The position numbers were made by a program, and so were the translations under genes. Source: a virus. Taken from it: a DNA stretch of 62,853 bases. Below, one piece after another: positions 1-10,393 of this stretch (positions are counted from its first letter, which is position 1; each line of letters opens with the position of its first letter). The DNA lies in the IMG/VR virus record IMGVR_UViG_3300035047_000236. The stretch is one strand, 5' to 3'. The notes under the pieces were generated by a model. It was not told where the DNA came from. It saw nothing but the letters and a program-made list of their open reading frames with translations, and did no database searches.

Positions 1-286
1 CTTTCATAAGATTATAAAATTTTATTATTATACCAGGTCTTCCTATAACTATATTACTACAAGTACCATTCTTTTTTATATGATGATTTATATCATTATC
101 TAATAAAACACTATGACATTGTTCTATTATAATAGCATTAGAATTAGTTACTACTATATTAGGAGCATAAACAAATTTGTTATTCTTTCTAATATTTTTA
201 CTTATTCCAATACTACCGTCAGAGTCAATTATTCCACCTAACCACCTTAAAACATTAATATTAAAGTTCCCTGCTTGATTGCCCAT
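1..286 (-). CDS. Intron-encoded LAGLIDADG homing endonuclease (runs off window start; not in ORF track)
   Basis: Manual translation from ATG 286 gives MGNQAGNFNINVLRWLGGIIDSDGSIGI..., open to base 1. WLGGIIDSDGSI is a LAGLIDADG motif. Confidence 0.85.
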   Translation of the reverse strand, partial: MGNQAGNFNINVLRWLGGIIDSDGSIGISKNIRKNNKFVYAPNIVVTNSNAIIIEQCHSVLLDNDINHHIKKNGTCSNIVIGRPGIIIKFYNLMK

Positions 287-378
287 TGTATCATCCTTTT
301 TATTATCACGTTATCAGTAAAAAAGGCTTTAGGGTGTTCCAGCAAATAGCAAGATTACGAGGCCTGTTGTTTTAGCCC
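1..378 (-). mobile_element. Group I intron in the major capsid gene (5' part)
   Basis: Capsid frame stops shortly after ...GIGEEV. Exon end GAGGUU can pair with GGCCUC (P1 with U-G). P-like TTGCTGGAACACCCTAAAGCC and Q-like GGGCAATCAAGCAGGGAA elements follow, then the LAGLIDADG ORF. Confidence 0.8.
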
Positions 379-660
379 AACCTCTTCCCCAATACCCTCA
401 ATAAAATTCTGTGCAACATATCCAAGTCCGGGAAGCACCCAAACTGGAATTTCGAAGTCTTCAGCTATTGGGTAGACTGCTTGAGCCCCAGGAGCCAAAT
501 TCTCAACTGTAAAAAGTTGTCTCATAATAGAGTCCAACTCAATTTTCTGTAAGATGGGTGTTGTTAAAGCGGCTGCAAACGCTCTGTAAGCAGCCAAACC
601 TTCAGGAGTATTAACTTCTGCGGTAGCCTTAAACAACTCCATCATTTCTTTTCTATCCAT
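379..660 (-). CDS. Major capsid protein, exon 1
   Basis: Follows portal, maturation, scaffold and decoration genes. GAGG RBS. Capsid-like N-terminus (PILQKIELDSIMRQLFTVENLAPGAQAVYP). Truncated by the intron. Confidence 0.7.
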
Positions 661-730
661 ATATTCCTCCTATATTAATATAAGTATAATTTTGGATGTG
701 TCAAATTAGACACTTTAATCCAATTAAAAT

Positions 731-1357
731 CTAAACTAACAACTTAATTCTTATTGGGTAGAGTGTAACGTTGTCAATATTTGCTTGACATTTTGCTACA
801 CTTGCACCTTTTAATACTCTAGCTACTTTTGTAGTAGAACATCTAGCGCCTGTTTCATGTGTTGCATCTGCGGCTACATCGTCAGAATTATTAGTAATTC
901 TAGCTTGATAACTTGCAGGATACAATGATTGGCCAGGAGCCATTTTAGAGTCTACAGCCCCATCAGTCATCTCACATGTATAATGAACAGTATCAAAAAT
1001 ACCTAAATGCGCTACACCAACAGGTACAGATTTATGTCCTGTTATTTCACCAGTAGCATTATATAAAGGTTGAGCAATAGCATCACTTGAACCCAAATCA
1101 CCAGGCATAACAAATCCTGTAGGGTGTACACTATGATATCCAACCTTAACTTTTTGCATAATGAAACCAAAAGGAGTTTCAGTAACTCCATGTTCCATTT
1201 TTTTCACCATTGCCTCTTCATTGGAAGCATCAGGATCTAAGTAAACAACTGAACCAGCATAAGCAACTACGCCGCCTACTCCGTCTGAGCCAAAAGAATC
1301 GCTTTCAGCATAACTACAAAACTGGTTTTCTACAACTGGATGTCTCGGAATAAACAT
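731..1357 (-). CDS. Probable head decoration/structural protein
   Basis: 208 aa, Gly/Val-rich, between scaffold and capsid genes. Confidence 0.5.
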   Translation of the reverse strand: MFIPRHPVVENQFCSYAESDSFGSDGVGGVVAYAGSVVYLDPDASNEEAMVKKMEHGVTETPFGFIMQKVKVGYHSVHPTGFVMPGDLGSSDAIAQPLYNATGEITGHKSVPVGVAHLGIFDTVHYTCEMTDGAVDSKMAPGQSLYPASYQARITNNSDDVAADATHETGARCSTTKVARVLKGASVAKCQANIDNVTLYPIRIKLLV

Positions 1358-1376
1358 ACCTTTCTTTCCTCCTTAT

Positions 1377-2090
1377 CTATTTATCTGCTCTTGATTTAAA
1401 ACTTTCTGCCATAGCCTTACCTAAAGCAGCGTACTTACTAGTAATATCAGTAGAAGAACTAGTTTCAAAATTCATAGCTGCGGAATCACCTGCGTTACCT
1501 TCAACATTAGGTGGAGGTGTATTGGTGCCTTCTTGACCGGAATCTTCACCATTATTTGTAGAAGTTTCTGCAGAAGCTGACGCTTCTAGTTCTTTTTCAA
1601 TAGCTTTTCTAAGGTCTACTCTATCTTTTTTGTAAGAAGCAAACTCTTCATCAGATAAATCTCTGATTTTTTCTTTTTGAGCTTCTACATCACTGGCAGA
1701 GGAAACCTTTGCTTCATCTAATTCTTTCATTCTGAGTTCTACAAGTCTGTCTTTTTCGATTTTTTCTAAAGATTCTTTTGTTGAAGAGAGCTCTTTTTCA
1801 AGGGCTTCTACTTTCTCCTGTGCTGCCTCAAGCTCAGTAGTAAGTTCTCCAATTTTAGAATCCTTTTCCTCAACCTCAGTTTTAGCGGCTTCAATTTTTT
1901 CTTCCGCTTCAGTTGATGCTTTTTCAGTTTCTGTCTTTGCTGTTTCTAAACTTGTGGTTAGATCCTCAATGACTTTTGCTGATTCATTCAAAGCATCCTG
2001 AGTTTTCTGCATCTGATCTGCCTTTTCTTTTTGTGAGAAGATTTCATCAACAACTTTTTTGATGTTATCAACTAATTTATTTTCATCCAT
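1377..2090 (-). CDS. Probable capsid scaffolding protein
   Basis: Acidic coiled coil, GGAGG RBS, head-module position. Confidence 0.6.
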   Translation of the reverse strand: MDENKLVDNIKKVVDEIFSQKEKADQMQKTQDALNESAKVIEDLTTSLETAKTETEKASTEAEEKIEAAKTEVEEKDSKIGELTTELEAAQEKVEALEKELSSTKESLEKIEKDRLVELRMKELDEAKVSSASDVEAQKEKIRDLSDEEFASYKKDRVDLRKAIEKELEASASAETSTNNGEDSGQEGTNTPPPNVEGNAGDSAAMNFETSSSTDITSKYAALGKAMAESFKSRADK

Positions 2091-2211
2091 ATAACTTATT
2101 TACCTCCTAATTTAGTAAATTAAAAATTAAAATTTGAATTAATACCAACCTGATTTATTCTTATTTTTTAAAACCTTTTAACCTTTTCCGTATGTACTTA
2201 ATTCATTAATA

Positions 2212-2637
2212 CTAAGGGTAACTCTGAGATGGAGCACCTGTGCCCCTTGTGTTAAATCTACTTACATCTATAGCGGCTCCTAACATAACCTGAACATTAA
2301 AAGTCACATCTCCAGAAACTGAAGATCCTACAACTAATTTAATGATATTATCATCTGTATCATATTCAAGCCAATATCTTCCGCCTGGGTCTGATTTAGG
2401 TGTAGCCACTACGTTAGCATAACTTGCTAAATCCATATCATAAAACTTCACACCACTAGCTAATGTAACTTCGTCTGTTCCACTAGCTACTACTGCCTGC
2501 GAAGCCCAAGTCCAAGGGATGTAGTGGTTATTACCCATACATTTGAATGCTGCTGAAGACTTATCAGAACCTGACAACTTAAGTTGTTTCGGTGTACTTC
2601 TAAGTTCACCAGTTTGAGCTTGTCCTAAGTCTGGCAT
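2212..2637 (-). CDS. Hypothetical virion structural protein
   Basis: 141 aa, beta-rich, in the head module. Confidence 0.45.
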   Translation of the reverse strand: MPDLGQAQTGELRSTPKQLKLSGSDKSSAAFKCMGNNHYIPWTWASQAVVASGTDEVTLASGVKFYDMDLASYANVVATPKSDPGGRYWLEYDTDDNIIKLVVGSSVSGDVTFNVQVMLGAAIDVSRFNTRGTGAPSQSYP

Positions 2638-2640
2638 AGA

Positions 2641-3780
2641 TTATTTCCTCCTTAAATTTTTATTTGATAAAGTTCTTGCTTTATCTAAAATTCTTATTAG
2701 ACGATCTGTTGCCTCATCTATATTTCTATCAGATCGTTCATAATTAAAAAGTTCGTTTATATATGAAGATGCGGTGGTTGTTATTTTATTTGTTAAGCAA
2801 TCATCATCTAAAGAGTTTTTATTTTCAGATGAACATTTTTCTCCATACTCTGTGCACCAATCTTCTTGTAACAAACTACCTTTTTCATCATTTAAATTTT
2901 TCATATATTTTGGGCAGACTTTAGCATCTGCTTCTGCTTCTGCTTCTGCTTCTGCTTCTGCTGTTATGTTTTCTTCATCCAAGTCTGAATTTTTTTCTTC
3001 CTCTACAGTATCTTCATTTTCTGAAGCTACCTCTATATATATATCGAGGTTAAATAAAACCTCTTCATTTTCATCATCTTTTTCATCAGCTGTTTCTAAA
3101 ACAACAGACGGTGGATTTGCTGGATTCTTAACTATACCGCAACCAGAAAAACAAATACCTCTAAGAACCCTAGCTACTTCTCCAGAAGCAACTTCTTTAC
3201 CATCTTTTATAATTTTTCCTAGTTTTCCATATATACTAACATCAGAAGTTTCTATACCTATTGCTTCTGCAGTAGTTCTTGGTATAATCATATCACCTAC
3301 TTTTATGTCAAAATCCTTGTAAAAACATTCCATAGAGACCTTCCATTCATCATCAGCTATTTCTTTAGAAAGTTCTGGAAATCTACTTTTATATACTATA
3401 CATCCAATTTGTATATGCATATCACTTGTATCTAGTACAGCTGTTTCAAGACCTGCTAATTCTTTAGAAGAAAGTTCGCTTCCTGAGTCATCTGTAAATG
3501 CACTAGAGAATATATGCCCTATTATGTCTTTTTCCTTGTGCTCTACATCAAGAGCCTTACTAACAACCGTATTCTCTGCTGCAACTAATTCTGAACCAAG
3601 GAAATATGCATGATTTAGATTTTCTCCGCTGGAAACAAAAATCGCACTAAAATAAGAAAGATCTGGTTGTTTTTCATCATCACTTGGTAAATCTATAACA
3701 GATGCGACCTCTTTTTTCAGAGAATCTGTTTCTTTCACTTTTGTCATATTTGCCTCTAAATAAAACTTATATTCTTCCAT
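2641..3780 (-). CDS. Probable prohead maturation protease / head morphogenesis protein
   Basis: N-x-N-x-x-x-F, DVEH...IIGH, VSMEC and FSGCGIVKNPANP motifs typical of large-phage head maturation proteins. ATG 3780 follows GGAGG. Confidence 0.6.
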   Translation of the reverse strand: MEEYKFYLEANMTKVKETDSLKKEVASVIDLPSDDEKQPDLSYFSAIFVSSGENLNHAYFLGSELVAAENTVVSKALDVEHKEKDIIGHIFSSAFTDDSGSELSSKELAGLETAVLDTSDMHIQIGCIVYKSRFPELSKEIADDEWKVSMECFYKDFDIKVGDMIIPRTTAEAIGIETSDVSIYGKLGKIIKDGKEVASGEVARVLRGICFSGCGIVKNPANPPSVVLETADEKDDENEEVLFNLDIYIEVASENEDTVEEEKNSDLDEENITAEAEAEAEAEADAKVCPKYMKNLNDEKGSLLQEDWCTEYGEKCSSENKNSLDDDCLTNKITTTASSYINELFNYERSDRNIDEATDRLIRILDKARTLSNKNLRRK

Positions 3781-3814
3781 TTTTTCCTCCAAGAATCTAC
3801 TTTTTTAATCATTA

Positions 3815-3961
3815 TTAAAGTCCTATTGTAACTGCTGTGCCGAAGGCTGAGTTTCCATCATCTCTGTAAGCAATAACTACTTTGTTGTTGGCTGAGTCGA
3901 AAGTTTCTGAGGCCAGGTATGTGTTTTCGCTTTCGAAAACCACCGGCTCCACGAACACCAT
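3815..3961 (-). CDS. 48-aa ORF, single copy of a phage tail-protein repeat (not in track)
   Basis: MVFVEPVVFESENTYLASETFDSANNKVVIAYRDDGNSAFGTAVTIGL. Confidence 0.45.
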   Translation of the reverse strand: MVFVEPVVFESENTYLASETFDSANNKVVIAYRDDGNSAFGTAVTIGL

Positions 3962-3984
3962 AAACTTCTTTCCAACCACTATAA

Positions 3985-5040
3985 TTAACACCTGTTGAAT
4001 AACACTTGTTTATAACTTACACTTTTTTTATTTTCACACAGCACACACACAAACTTCCTATGGTGTGGTCTAGTACCTTTTGCTACCATTCTCATAGCAC
4101 TATCATTCAACCTGTTTTCTCTACAAAACTCACTTAAGTTCTGAACAACCTCTGTGTGTCCATCAGGAAATGTTATTTCCCAAAACTTACTTTTCGCTTT
4201 TACAACTTTTGATACATGTTCTTTACTTTTCTTAATTCCTTTAAATCTTTTTGATGTCAATTTTTTAACATGTTCTGGGCAGGGAGTTCCTTTCTTTGAT
4301 TCAGATATTTTAAGTATTGATTTTTTAGTGTGCTTTCTACCTGGTGAACCTTCACCACCTAAAGTCATATTATATCCACCACTAATTGAATCAAACTGCT
4401 TTATATAATGAAACTCCATATCATCCATTTCATACTTACTCTCACACTGACATAGAATTTCCCACTCAAAATTTTCTAAACCGTATTTTCTTATTGCTTT
4501 ATGAAAGTGTGTTGTAGAATTATTGTTTGCCATACTTATATGATCAATTCTTCTACTTTCTAAACTTTGTATTGTTTGTCCTATATAAACCTTACTGTTT
4601 ATTGTGTTGGTTACTTTATAGATTATACCATCAACTTCAGTGTTTGAATTTCTTAATATTTTATATTTTCTCTTTAATCTACATTTTGGGCATCTAGTTC
4701 CCATTTTCCAACTATAGTAAGCAACACTATGAATATGACCATTTGGGCATTTATACTTCAATTTTGTATGTCTATTTATGTACTCATCTGATAGTAAAGT
4801 ATAACCTTCTTCTTCAAAAGAATTCTTTACTTCATCAAACGAAGGCTTTACATTACCAGCACATACTGGACATCTTCTACCTATAGGCCCCCATGTAAAC
4901 CAATTAGTTTCATACTCATGCCCATTAGGGCATGTACATCTAAATCTGTGCCTATTGTTAACATACACATCGTCTAACAATTTATAACCTTCACTATTCA
5001 AACTATCTCTAATAAAGCCAACAGTAAGTTTAGCTACCAA
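3985..5040 (-). CDS. Free-standing GIY-YIG homing endonuclease with N-terminal Zn-ribbon repeats and NUMOD3-like tail
   Basis: Two CPNGH...CP.C units, then GIIYKVTNTINSKVYIGQT and GYNMTLGGEG. Likely TTG start at 5040 after GGAGG. Confidence 0.85.
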   Translation of the reverse strand: MVAKLTVGFIRDSLNSEGYKLLDDVYVNNRHRFRCTCPNGHEYETNWFTWGPIGRRCPVCAGNVKPSFDEVKNSFEEEGYTLLSDEYINRHTKLKYKCPNGHIHSVAYYSWKMGTRCPKCRLKRKYKILRNSNTEVDGIIYKVTNTINSKVYIGQTIQSLESRRIDHISMANNNSTTHFHKAIRKYGLENFEWEILCQCESKYEMDDMEFHYIKQFDSISGGYNMTLGGEGSPGRKHTKKSILKISESKKGTPCPEHVKKLTSKRFKGIKKSKEHVSKVVKAKSKFWEITFPDGHTEVVQNLSEFCRENRLNDSAMRMVAKGTRPHHRKFVCVLCENKKSVSYKQVLFNRC

Positions 5041-6958
5041 GTCTAATAGCCTCCATTTCATCAAAGAAGGTATAAAACTCTTCTTTAGTAAGTGTTTCTC
5101 TTGCACCAGACAAAAATGCTAAATATTCTTTATCAGACAATTCTCCCACGTTTACAGATGCTGTCTTCTTAGGTTTTGTTGTTTTAGTTCCAGGTTGGTT
5201 TGCTGGATCTGTGTTTGTTTCCTTAGTTTTAGTTTGTCCTGAAGGTCTACCACTACTAGGTGTACCACTTGGAGCTTTTTGAGTTGGTTGAATTTCTTTA
5301 GATTTTTGAAATGGACTCCCAACTATACCAAATATTCCATCTGTAACCATAGGAAGCTCTGTCTGCATATTTTTAAGCTCGTTTTGATAATCAAAACCTA
5401 ATGCTTCTAATGCAGTTCTATAACTTAACATCCTTCTGTCAACAAGTGAAGCTAAAGTATTCATGTAAAGTATTGTATCTTTTAATACACCCTCATCCCA
5501 TCTAACTCTAGGAAATCTATCAAAACCTGCCGCTTCTGCTAATTGTCTATACTCATTATAAATCCATCTCTCTACTTGTCTTCTAGCATAATTTATTTCT
5601 TCAACAATACCTTTTGTTAATAGGGCTATTTCTGCTTGAGCAACATTTCCTCCTCCGTCTATAAGAGCTCTTGTCACTGACAGCCCAGCAGACATGTCTT
5701 CGTTAACCTGTTTATATTTCTCGTGCCCTAAAATAGCTTCTATTTCTGGAGAAACAATTTTCTCAATTTCTAATGTATGATTCCATACCACATCAAACGC
5801 TTTGCTTGGAGTATCAAAAAGTTTTGCAACTGTCTCAAGCTCTGATTGATTTACTACTGGATATTCGTCGTTTCCTACAGTTACTTTTAATATATAGTTA
5901 GAAATACCGTCAAGTGTACTTATATCTGCGTTCTTAAGTTGTTTCTTATAATTTATAGTCTCAAAAACTCTTGTGGATCTTGGTTTAGCATACCTTTCAT
6001 ATGGTTGCTTTCTATATGTAATCATACTAACAAGTCTGGAATCTAACTGAAAATCACCACCAGATTCTGCTGCCTTCTTTAATCCAGGTGGCAATGACTT
6101 AATAAGTAGTTTCTCTTCCTCAGTTAACCCTGATCCTGGTTTCTTTAATAACTCGCCAAGTTCCTGGGGTGGCTTCAGCTTAACAGAAACATTATCAAAC
6201 AATAAGTTGCCTGATATTTCTACAAGTTGGGGATTAAGAACTGTATAGGCAACTGGTAAATGACCTTTTGACCATATATTTTTCTTAGCTGCGTCTTCTT
6301 TATTAAATTCTTTTTCATATTCCTCGTGTAGTTTTTTGATTCTGGCAACTTCTTTTTTATATGATGCTGATTTTTTATTGGTTGGGGATTTTTGGCCTGG
6401 GGCGGGAGAAAGATGTGAAACTCTAGGTTCATATTTAGCAAGAACCTTATAAGTAGTTACATGCCCTATTTTAAAAAAGTCTAAGAATATCCACTCCAAT
6501 ACCTGATTAAAATCAACATCAAAAGCCCAAGAATCATAAAAGTTTTTTATATTATCATCGTCAATATCATTTTCAAAACCCTTCATAGCCAAAGAAGCAA
6601 GAACATTAGTAACAGATCCTAATAAAGGAACAGTATAATAATATTCATCAGCTTTTTTGAAAAGTTCTTTAGCTTCTTCCTCATAAGGAGATTTACCAGT
6701 AGAAAGATCTAAATTCTGCCTACTCATAAAGTCTCTACTTATAGTGGCAGCAGACTCAGAGTAAACCCTAGGCTTAATAGCCATTCCTGGTTTATCAAGT
6801 ATAGCTAGATTTCTTTTGTTTGGCTCTAACATAAAAGTAGATCTGCCGGTGTTTTCATCTATTTCTACTGATCTAATTCCAGCATTAGGATATTTTTCTT
6901 TTAGATCTGCTGCTAACTTATTTGTATCTAATATATTATTTTTATCTTTTTTTGGCAT
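5030..6958 (-). CDS. Portal protein
   Basis: 642 aa, between terminase and head maturation gene, helical portal-like layout. Confidence 0.7.
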   Translation of the reverse strand: MPKKDKNNILDTNKLAADLKEKYPNAGIRSVEIDENTGRSTFMLEPNKRNLAILDKPGMAIKPRVYSESAATISRDFMSRQNLDLSTGKSPYEEEAKELFKKADEYYYTVPLLGSVTNVLASLAMKGFENDIDDDNIKNFYDSWAFDVDFNQVLEWIFLDFFKIGHVTTYKVLAKYEPRVSHLSPAPGQKSPTNKKSASYKKEVARIKKLHEEYEKEFNKEDAAKKNIWSKGHLPVAYTVLNPQLVEISGNLLFDNVSVKLKPPQELGELLKKPGSGLTEEEKLLIKSLPPGLKKAAESGGDFQLDSRLVSMITYRKQPYERYAKPRSTRVFETINYKKQLKNADISTLDGISNYILKVTVGNDEYPVVNQSELETVAKLFDTPSKAFDVVWNHTLEIEKIVSPEIEAILGHEKYKQVNEDMSAGLSVTRALIDGGGNVAQAEIALLTKGIVEEINYARRQVERWIYNEYRQLAEAAGFDRFPRVRWDEGVLKDTILYMNTLASLVDRRMLSYRTALEALGFDYQNELKNMQTELPMVTDGIFGIVGSPFQKSKEIQPTQKAPSGTPSSGRPSGQTKTKETNTDPANQPGTKTTKPKKTASVNVGELSDKEYLAFLSGARETLTKEEFYTFFDEMEAIRLGS

Positions 6959-6968
6959 TTATATAAAC

Positions 6969-7163
6969 CTATCTTAAAACAGTTCCAGAAGTTCCAGACA
7001 CGGAAGTAGGATCGTCTGTTGTTAATGTATATTTACTAGTATCTTTTCTTCCTATCAAATCGTCCATTGATGAATAATTCAATTTACCAGATCTATGTTT
7101 AGTATAATCATCAGGACCTGTGTTCCACCACGGACCATTAATAAAATCAAGATTTTGAGACAT
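6969..7163 (-). CDS. Small hypothetical protein
   Basis: AGGAG RBS, 64 aa. Confidence 0.6.
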   Translation of the reverse strand: MSQNLDFINGPWWNTGPDDYTKHRSGKLNYSSMDDLIGRKDTSKYTLTTDDPTSVSGTSGTVLR

Positions 7164-7231
7164 AACTTTTCTCCTATTGTAACATTATTTTTAACACTAT
7201 TACACCTCTGTATAATAATGAGGTTAGTTTA

Positions 7232-10200
7232 TTACTTGGGTTTCTTTTTTAAAACAGCCGCCCCAAAATATGAGCTATTAAGGACCTTTTCGTTCATAAT
7301 CAATGATTTAGAACTAAAATTACTAAAATTATTACCACCATCCCTGTATCTAATTAAGCCGCCGTCTTGATAAAGTATATTATCATCCTCTTCCTCTAAC
7401 TCCCTTTCTATCTGTCTTGCTCCATGGGCAGCAAGTATTAACGCAGAATACAAGTCCTTATTCATATTTTTAGTAGGGGTGTCAAAGTGTAAAATACCTG
7501 TAGCAGTTTGTGTAACAATGATACTTAACATCTGTGATTTAAGTGTTCTTACATTATCATAACGTTTAGATAATAAATCATCTGCCCCTATATCTAGTTC
7601 AGGGAATTTTAATCTTTTATCTTCTAACATTGATTTAGTAGTAAAATTAGCATCTGATATCCACGCTGGGTTGAAATTAACCATCTCTAATATATGTCTT
7701 CCCTCAAGGTGCTTATTATCAGGATTAGTCCTATCTATAATAGGCTCTTCTCCATTGTAACCTTCTTCTAATAAATCCATTACTGCTTTACCTCCACCGC
7801 CTCTATCAACAAAAACACGTATAACGTTATAGTTGTTACATATCTCTTGAATTAACTTAGTTAGTTGTTGAGTTGTTTTACTTTTCGCTTCTATAATATT
7901 AATTATTTTATTTACAGCGCCTACTTCTATTATAACAACACCACAACTAGCCGAACCTCCCTGGTTTGGATCTACTCCTACTACATACCTTTTTGACGAC
8001 TCACCAGTAAAATTTAATGTAAATCCAGAACCGTTTGTACACTCTTCTAACAAAGATGCTTTAAAAAAACCTTCTGAGTCTGAAACCATCATAGCCTCAT
8101 ACTCCATACTAAACTCATGTTGATTCATAATACGTTTAGCTTCCGCAATATTCGCTTTATCAAGGAAACCTTCTGGTAGATCCCAGTAAGGTACCTGCCA
8201 AACTGAATAAGGACTTTTGTCGCCTATTTTTTCTGCATCATCAACCATTTTCCAATGGTCCTTCATTCTTCTCCACATATGATTGAACTTGTAATAACCA
8301 GAAGAAGTCATAACCATTTTATTTACTTTTTCTTCTAAGAAATCCTCTGCTGTTGCAAGCCCAGAATCAATAAGTCTCTTTTGCTCTTCTAATTTTCTAA
8401 CACGTTCCATAGGGGCCATTGATGTTGCCCCCATAGGACGGACGACCATATCTATTACTTGGTCTGGTATTTGTGCAAGTTCGTCCATGGCTATTAAATA
8501 GAAACGAGATCCACGTATTTTCGACCCATCTGAAAGCGGAAGTGCCTCAACATAAGACGGTGTTTTTCCAGCAACAGCTTTAAACTTTAAATAACATGTG
8601 TCTGAGCCTCTTGTAGGTTTTTTAGATGTTGCCTCTCTAAGTATAGATGACTGGTCATATAATTTCTCAACCTCGGAGAAAATCATTTTTGAATTATGAT
8701 TTATAAAACCATTAGCCCAATAACAATGCTCATTTTCAACTTCTATGTCTATAGTTTTAGCAAAAAACTTTTTTATGTTTTTTGGTTTTACAAAATAAAA
8801 ATCATTGTCTATCAGATATTTTAATTTATCAAAATCATCACATAATACACCTAATTGTTCTGCTATAAATAATAATTTTCTAATTCTACCAACACTATAA
8901 TTAGATCTTCTATGTTTCTTATGTTTATTTAAATACCAATCAATGCCATATATATTTTCAGTGTCTAACACTCTACATTTTTCTGCAAGACTCCACACAG
9001 ACTTAAAAGACATAGGTATACTATTATTAAAATCTTCCTTGGTTAAAGATTTTATATAAGACAGCAATAAATTGGATTTCCTATCTAATCCAAAGTTAAC
9101 CTCATCACTGAATAACATTATATTGTCTGTTCCAGTAACCCTTATTCTATAACACTCTTTACAATCATGAAACTTACCTGTGTTTTTAAAAAATGTTTTC
9201 TTTTCTTTTGATTTTATAGAAAAAGAAGACACTACTCCCAAATTAAGTAATATTGATTGTATTTCTTTACATAACCTTTTACTTATAGATACATATTCAA
9301 TAGTACATGATTTGCTCATCTTGCTTTGTGAAACATAACAAGAACCGTCAGTATCAAACACACCTCTTAGAAATGCTTTTATATTGTGCTCATTTGTACC
9401 TCTAATTATATAAGGAACTTTTTTATCTATAGCAGTAGTACTACTCATACCTAAGTTTTTGAAGAAGTTCCACAGGACTATACTATATATCTCTATTCTA
9501 TATAAATTTCCATCAAACTTTATATTTATTCTATCTTCATTTATTCCAAAACTATTAAATAATATTTTTTTATATTTATCTATTATTTGTTTATCATTAC
9601 TACAAAAACCAACTGACCAAAACCTATTTTTAGTTTCCTCAGATTCTAACCAACCGTCTCCAACCAATAAACCTAACATATAAGATAAGTCTTCGTCTAA
9701 AGTATTAGGTAATTTAATATCATTCATATACCTATCATAATTTTTTATTATACTATAGTTATCTATATTTACGTTATCACCAAACAGCCTAAATCCTTTT
9801 CTAATAGCTAAATAATCATCATTAGATATATCAGACAATTTTTTATAATCTAAAGTCATATCTTCTAATAAAGTTAAGACCCTATGATCTGTAGTTCCAG
9901 ACAAATGAAAACCTTTTTCTGTATCTATTAATACACATTCTCTTTCTTCGTTAATCCATTTATTTTTAATTGTGTTATAAGAACAAATAGATTGTATTTT
10001 TGTCTTTTCCTCTACTATAGAATTATAAAAGTTACTTGTTCCTACTTGTAATCCACTGTTTGTCCAGAAAGTATCATAAATACCAGAGCCCGTTGGAAAT
10101 ATTGTCAGGCATTGCCTAAAGACGGGGCCTATGAGCCCAACCCTATATCCAGGATACAACAAACAAGAAAGGGCCGATAAAACTCCCAATAAATAGGTCT

Positions 10201-10393
10201 TACCAAACCCTCTTGAACATACTGCTATAACATAATTCTTAAACCACATATCCCTAAAAACCATCCTTTGTATAGGTGCTAAATCCACACCTAACAATTC
10301 ATAAGCAGCTATACATGGATGCTGTCTATAAAACTCAATTAAATGAGTTCCATTGACCATTAGCTCATTTAAATTATGTCTTCTTCTAGACAC
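7232..10393 (-). CDS. terL: Terminase large subunit with intein
   Basis: Walker A SRGFGKT, Walker B LIAMDE, coupling motif MTSS, nuclease VGVDP...DLYSA. Confidence 0.92.
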   Translation of the reverse strand: MSRRRHNLNELMVNGTHLIEFYRQHPCIAAYELLGVDLAPIQRMVFRDMWFKNYVIAVCSRGFGKTYLLGVLSALSCLLYPGYRVGLIGPVFRQCLTIFPTGSGIYDTFWTNSGLQVGTSNFYNSIVEEKTKIQSICSYNTIKNKWINEERECVLIDTEKGFHLSGTTDHRVLTLLEDMTLDYKKLSDISNDDYLAIRKGFRLFGDNVNIDNYSIIKNYDRYMNDIKLPNTLDEDLSYMLGLLVGDGWLESEETKNRFWSVGFCSNDKQIIDKYKKILFNSFGINEDRINIKFDGNLYRIEIYSIVLWNFFKNLGMSSTTAIDKKVPYIIRGTNEHNIKAFLRGVFDTDGSCYVSQSKMSKSCTIEYVSISKRLCKEIQSILLNLGVVSSFSIKSKEKKTFFKNTGKFHDCKECYRIRVTGTDNIMLFSDEVNFGLDRKSNLLLSYIKSLTKEDFNNSIPMSFKSVWSLAEKCRVLDTENIYGIDWYLNKHKKHRRSNYSVGRIRKLLFIAEQLGVLCDDFDKLKYLIDNDFYFVKPKNIKKFFAKTIDIEVENEHCYWANGFINHNSKMIFSEVEKLYDQSSILREATSKKPTRGSDTCYLKFKAVAGKTPSYVEALPLSDGSKIRGSRFYLIAMDELAQIPDQVIDMVVRPMGATSMAPMERVRKLEEQKRLIDSGLATAEDFLEEKVNKMVMTSSGYYKFNHMWRRMKDHWKMVDDAEKIGDKSPYSVWQVPYWDLPEGFLDKANIAEAKRIMNQHEFSMEYEAMMVSDSEGFFKASLLEECTNGSGFTLNFTGESSKRYVVGVDPNQGGSASCGVVIIEVGAVNKIINIIEAKSKTTQQLTKLIQEICNNYNVIRVFVDRGGGGKAVMDLLEEGYNGEEPIIDRTNPDNKHLEGRHILEMVNFNPAWISDANFTTKSMLEDKRLKFPELDIGADDLLSKRYDNVRTLKSQMLSIIVTQTATGILHFDTPTKNMNKDLYSALILAAHGARQIERELEEEDDNILYQDGGLIRYRDGGNNFSNFSSKSLIMNEKVLNSSYFGAAVLKKKPK
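8693..10111 (-). mobile_element. Intein (473 aa) with LAGLIDADG endonuclease in terL
   Basis: Junctions FRQ|CLTI and GFINHN|SKM, block B TTDHRV, motifs LGLLVGDGW and FLRGVFDTDG. Confidence 0.92.

Noticed and set aside
2927-2963. (GCAGAA)n microsatellite as a phase-variation switch
   Set aside because: Hexamer unit stays in frame and only encodes an AEAEAE linker
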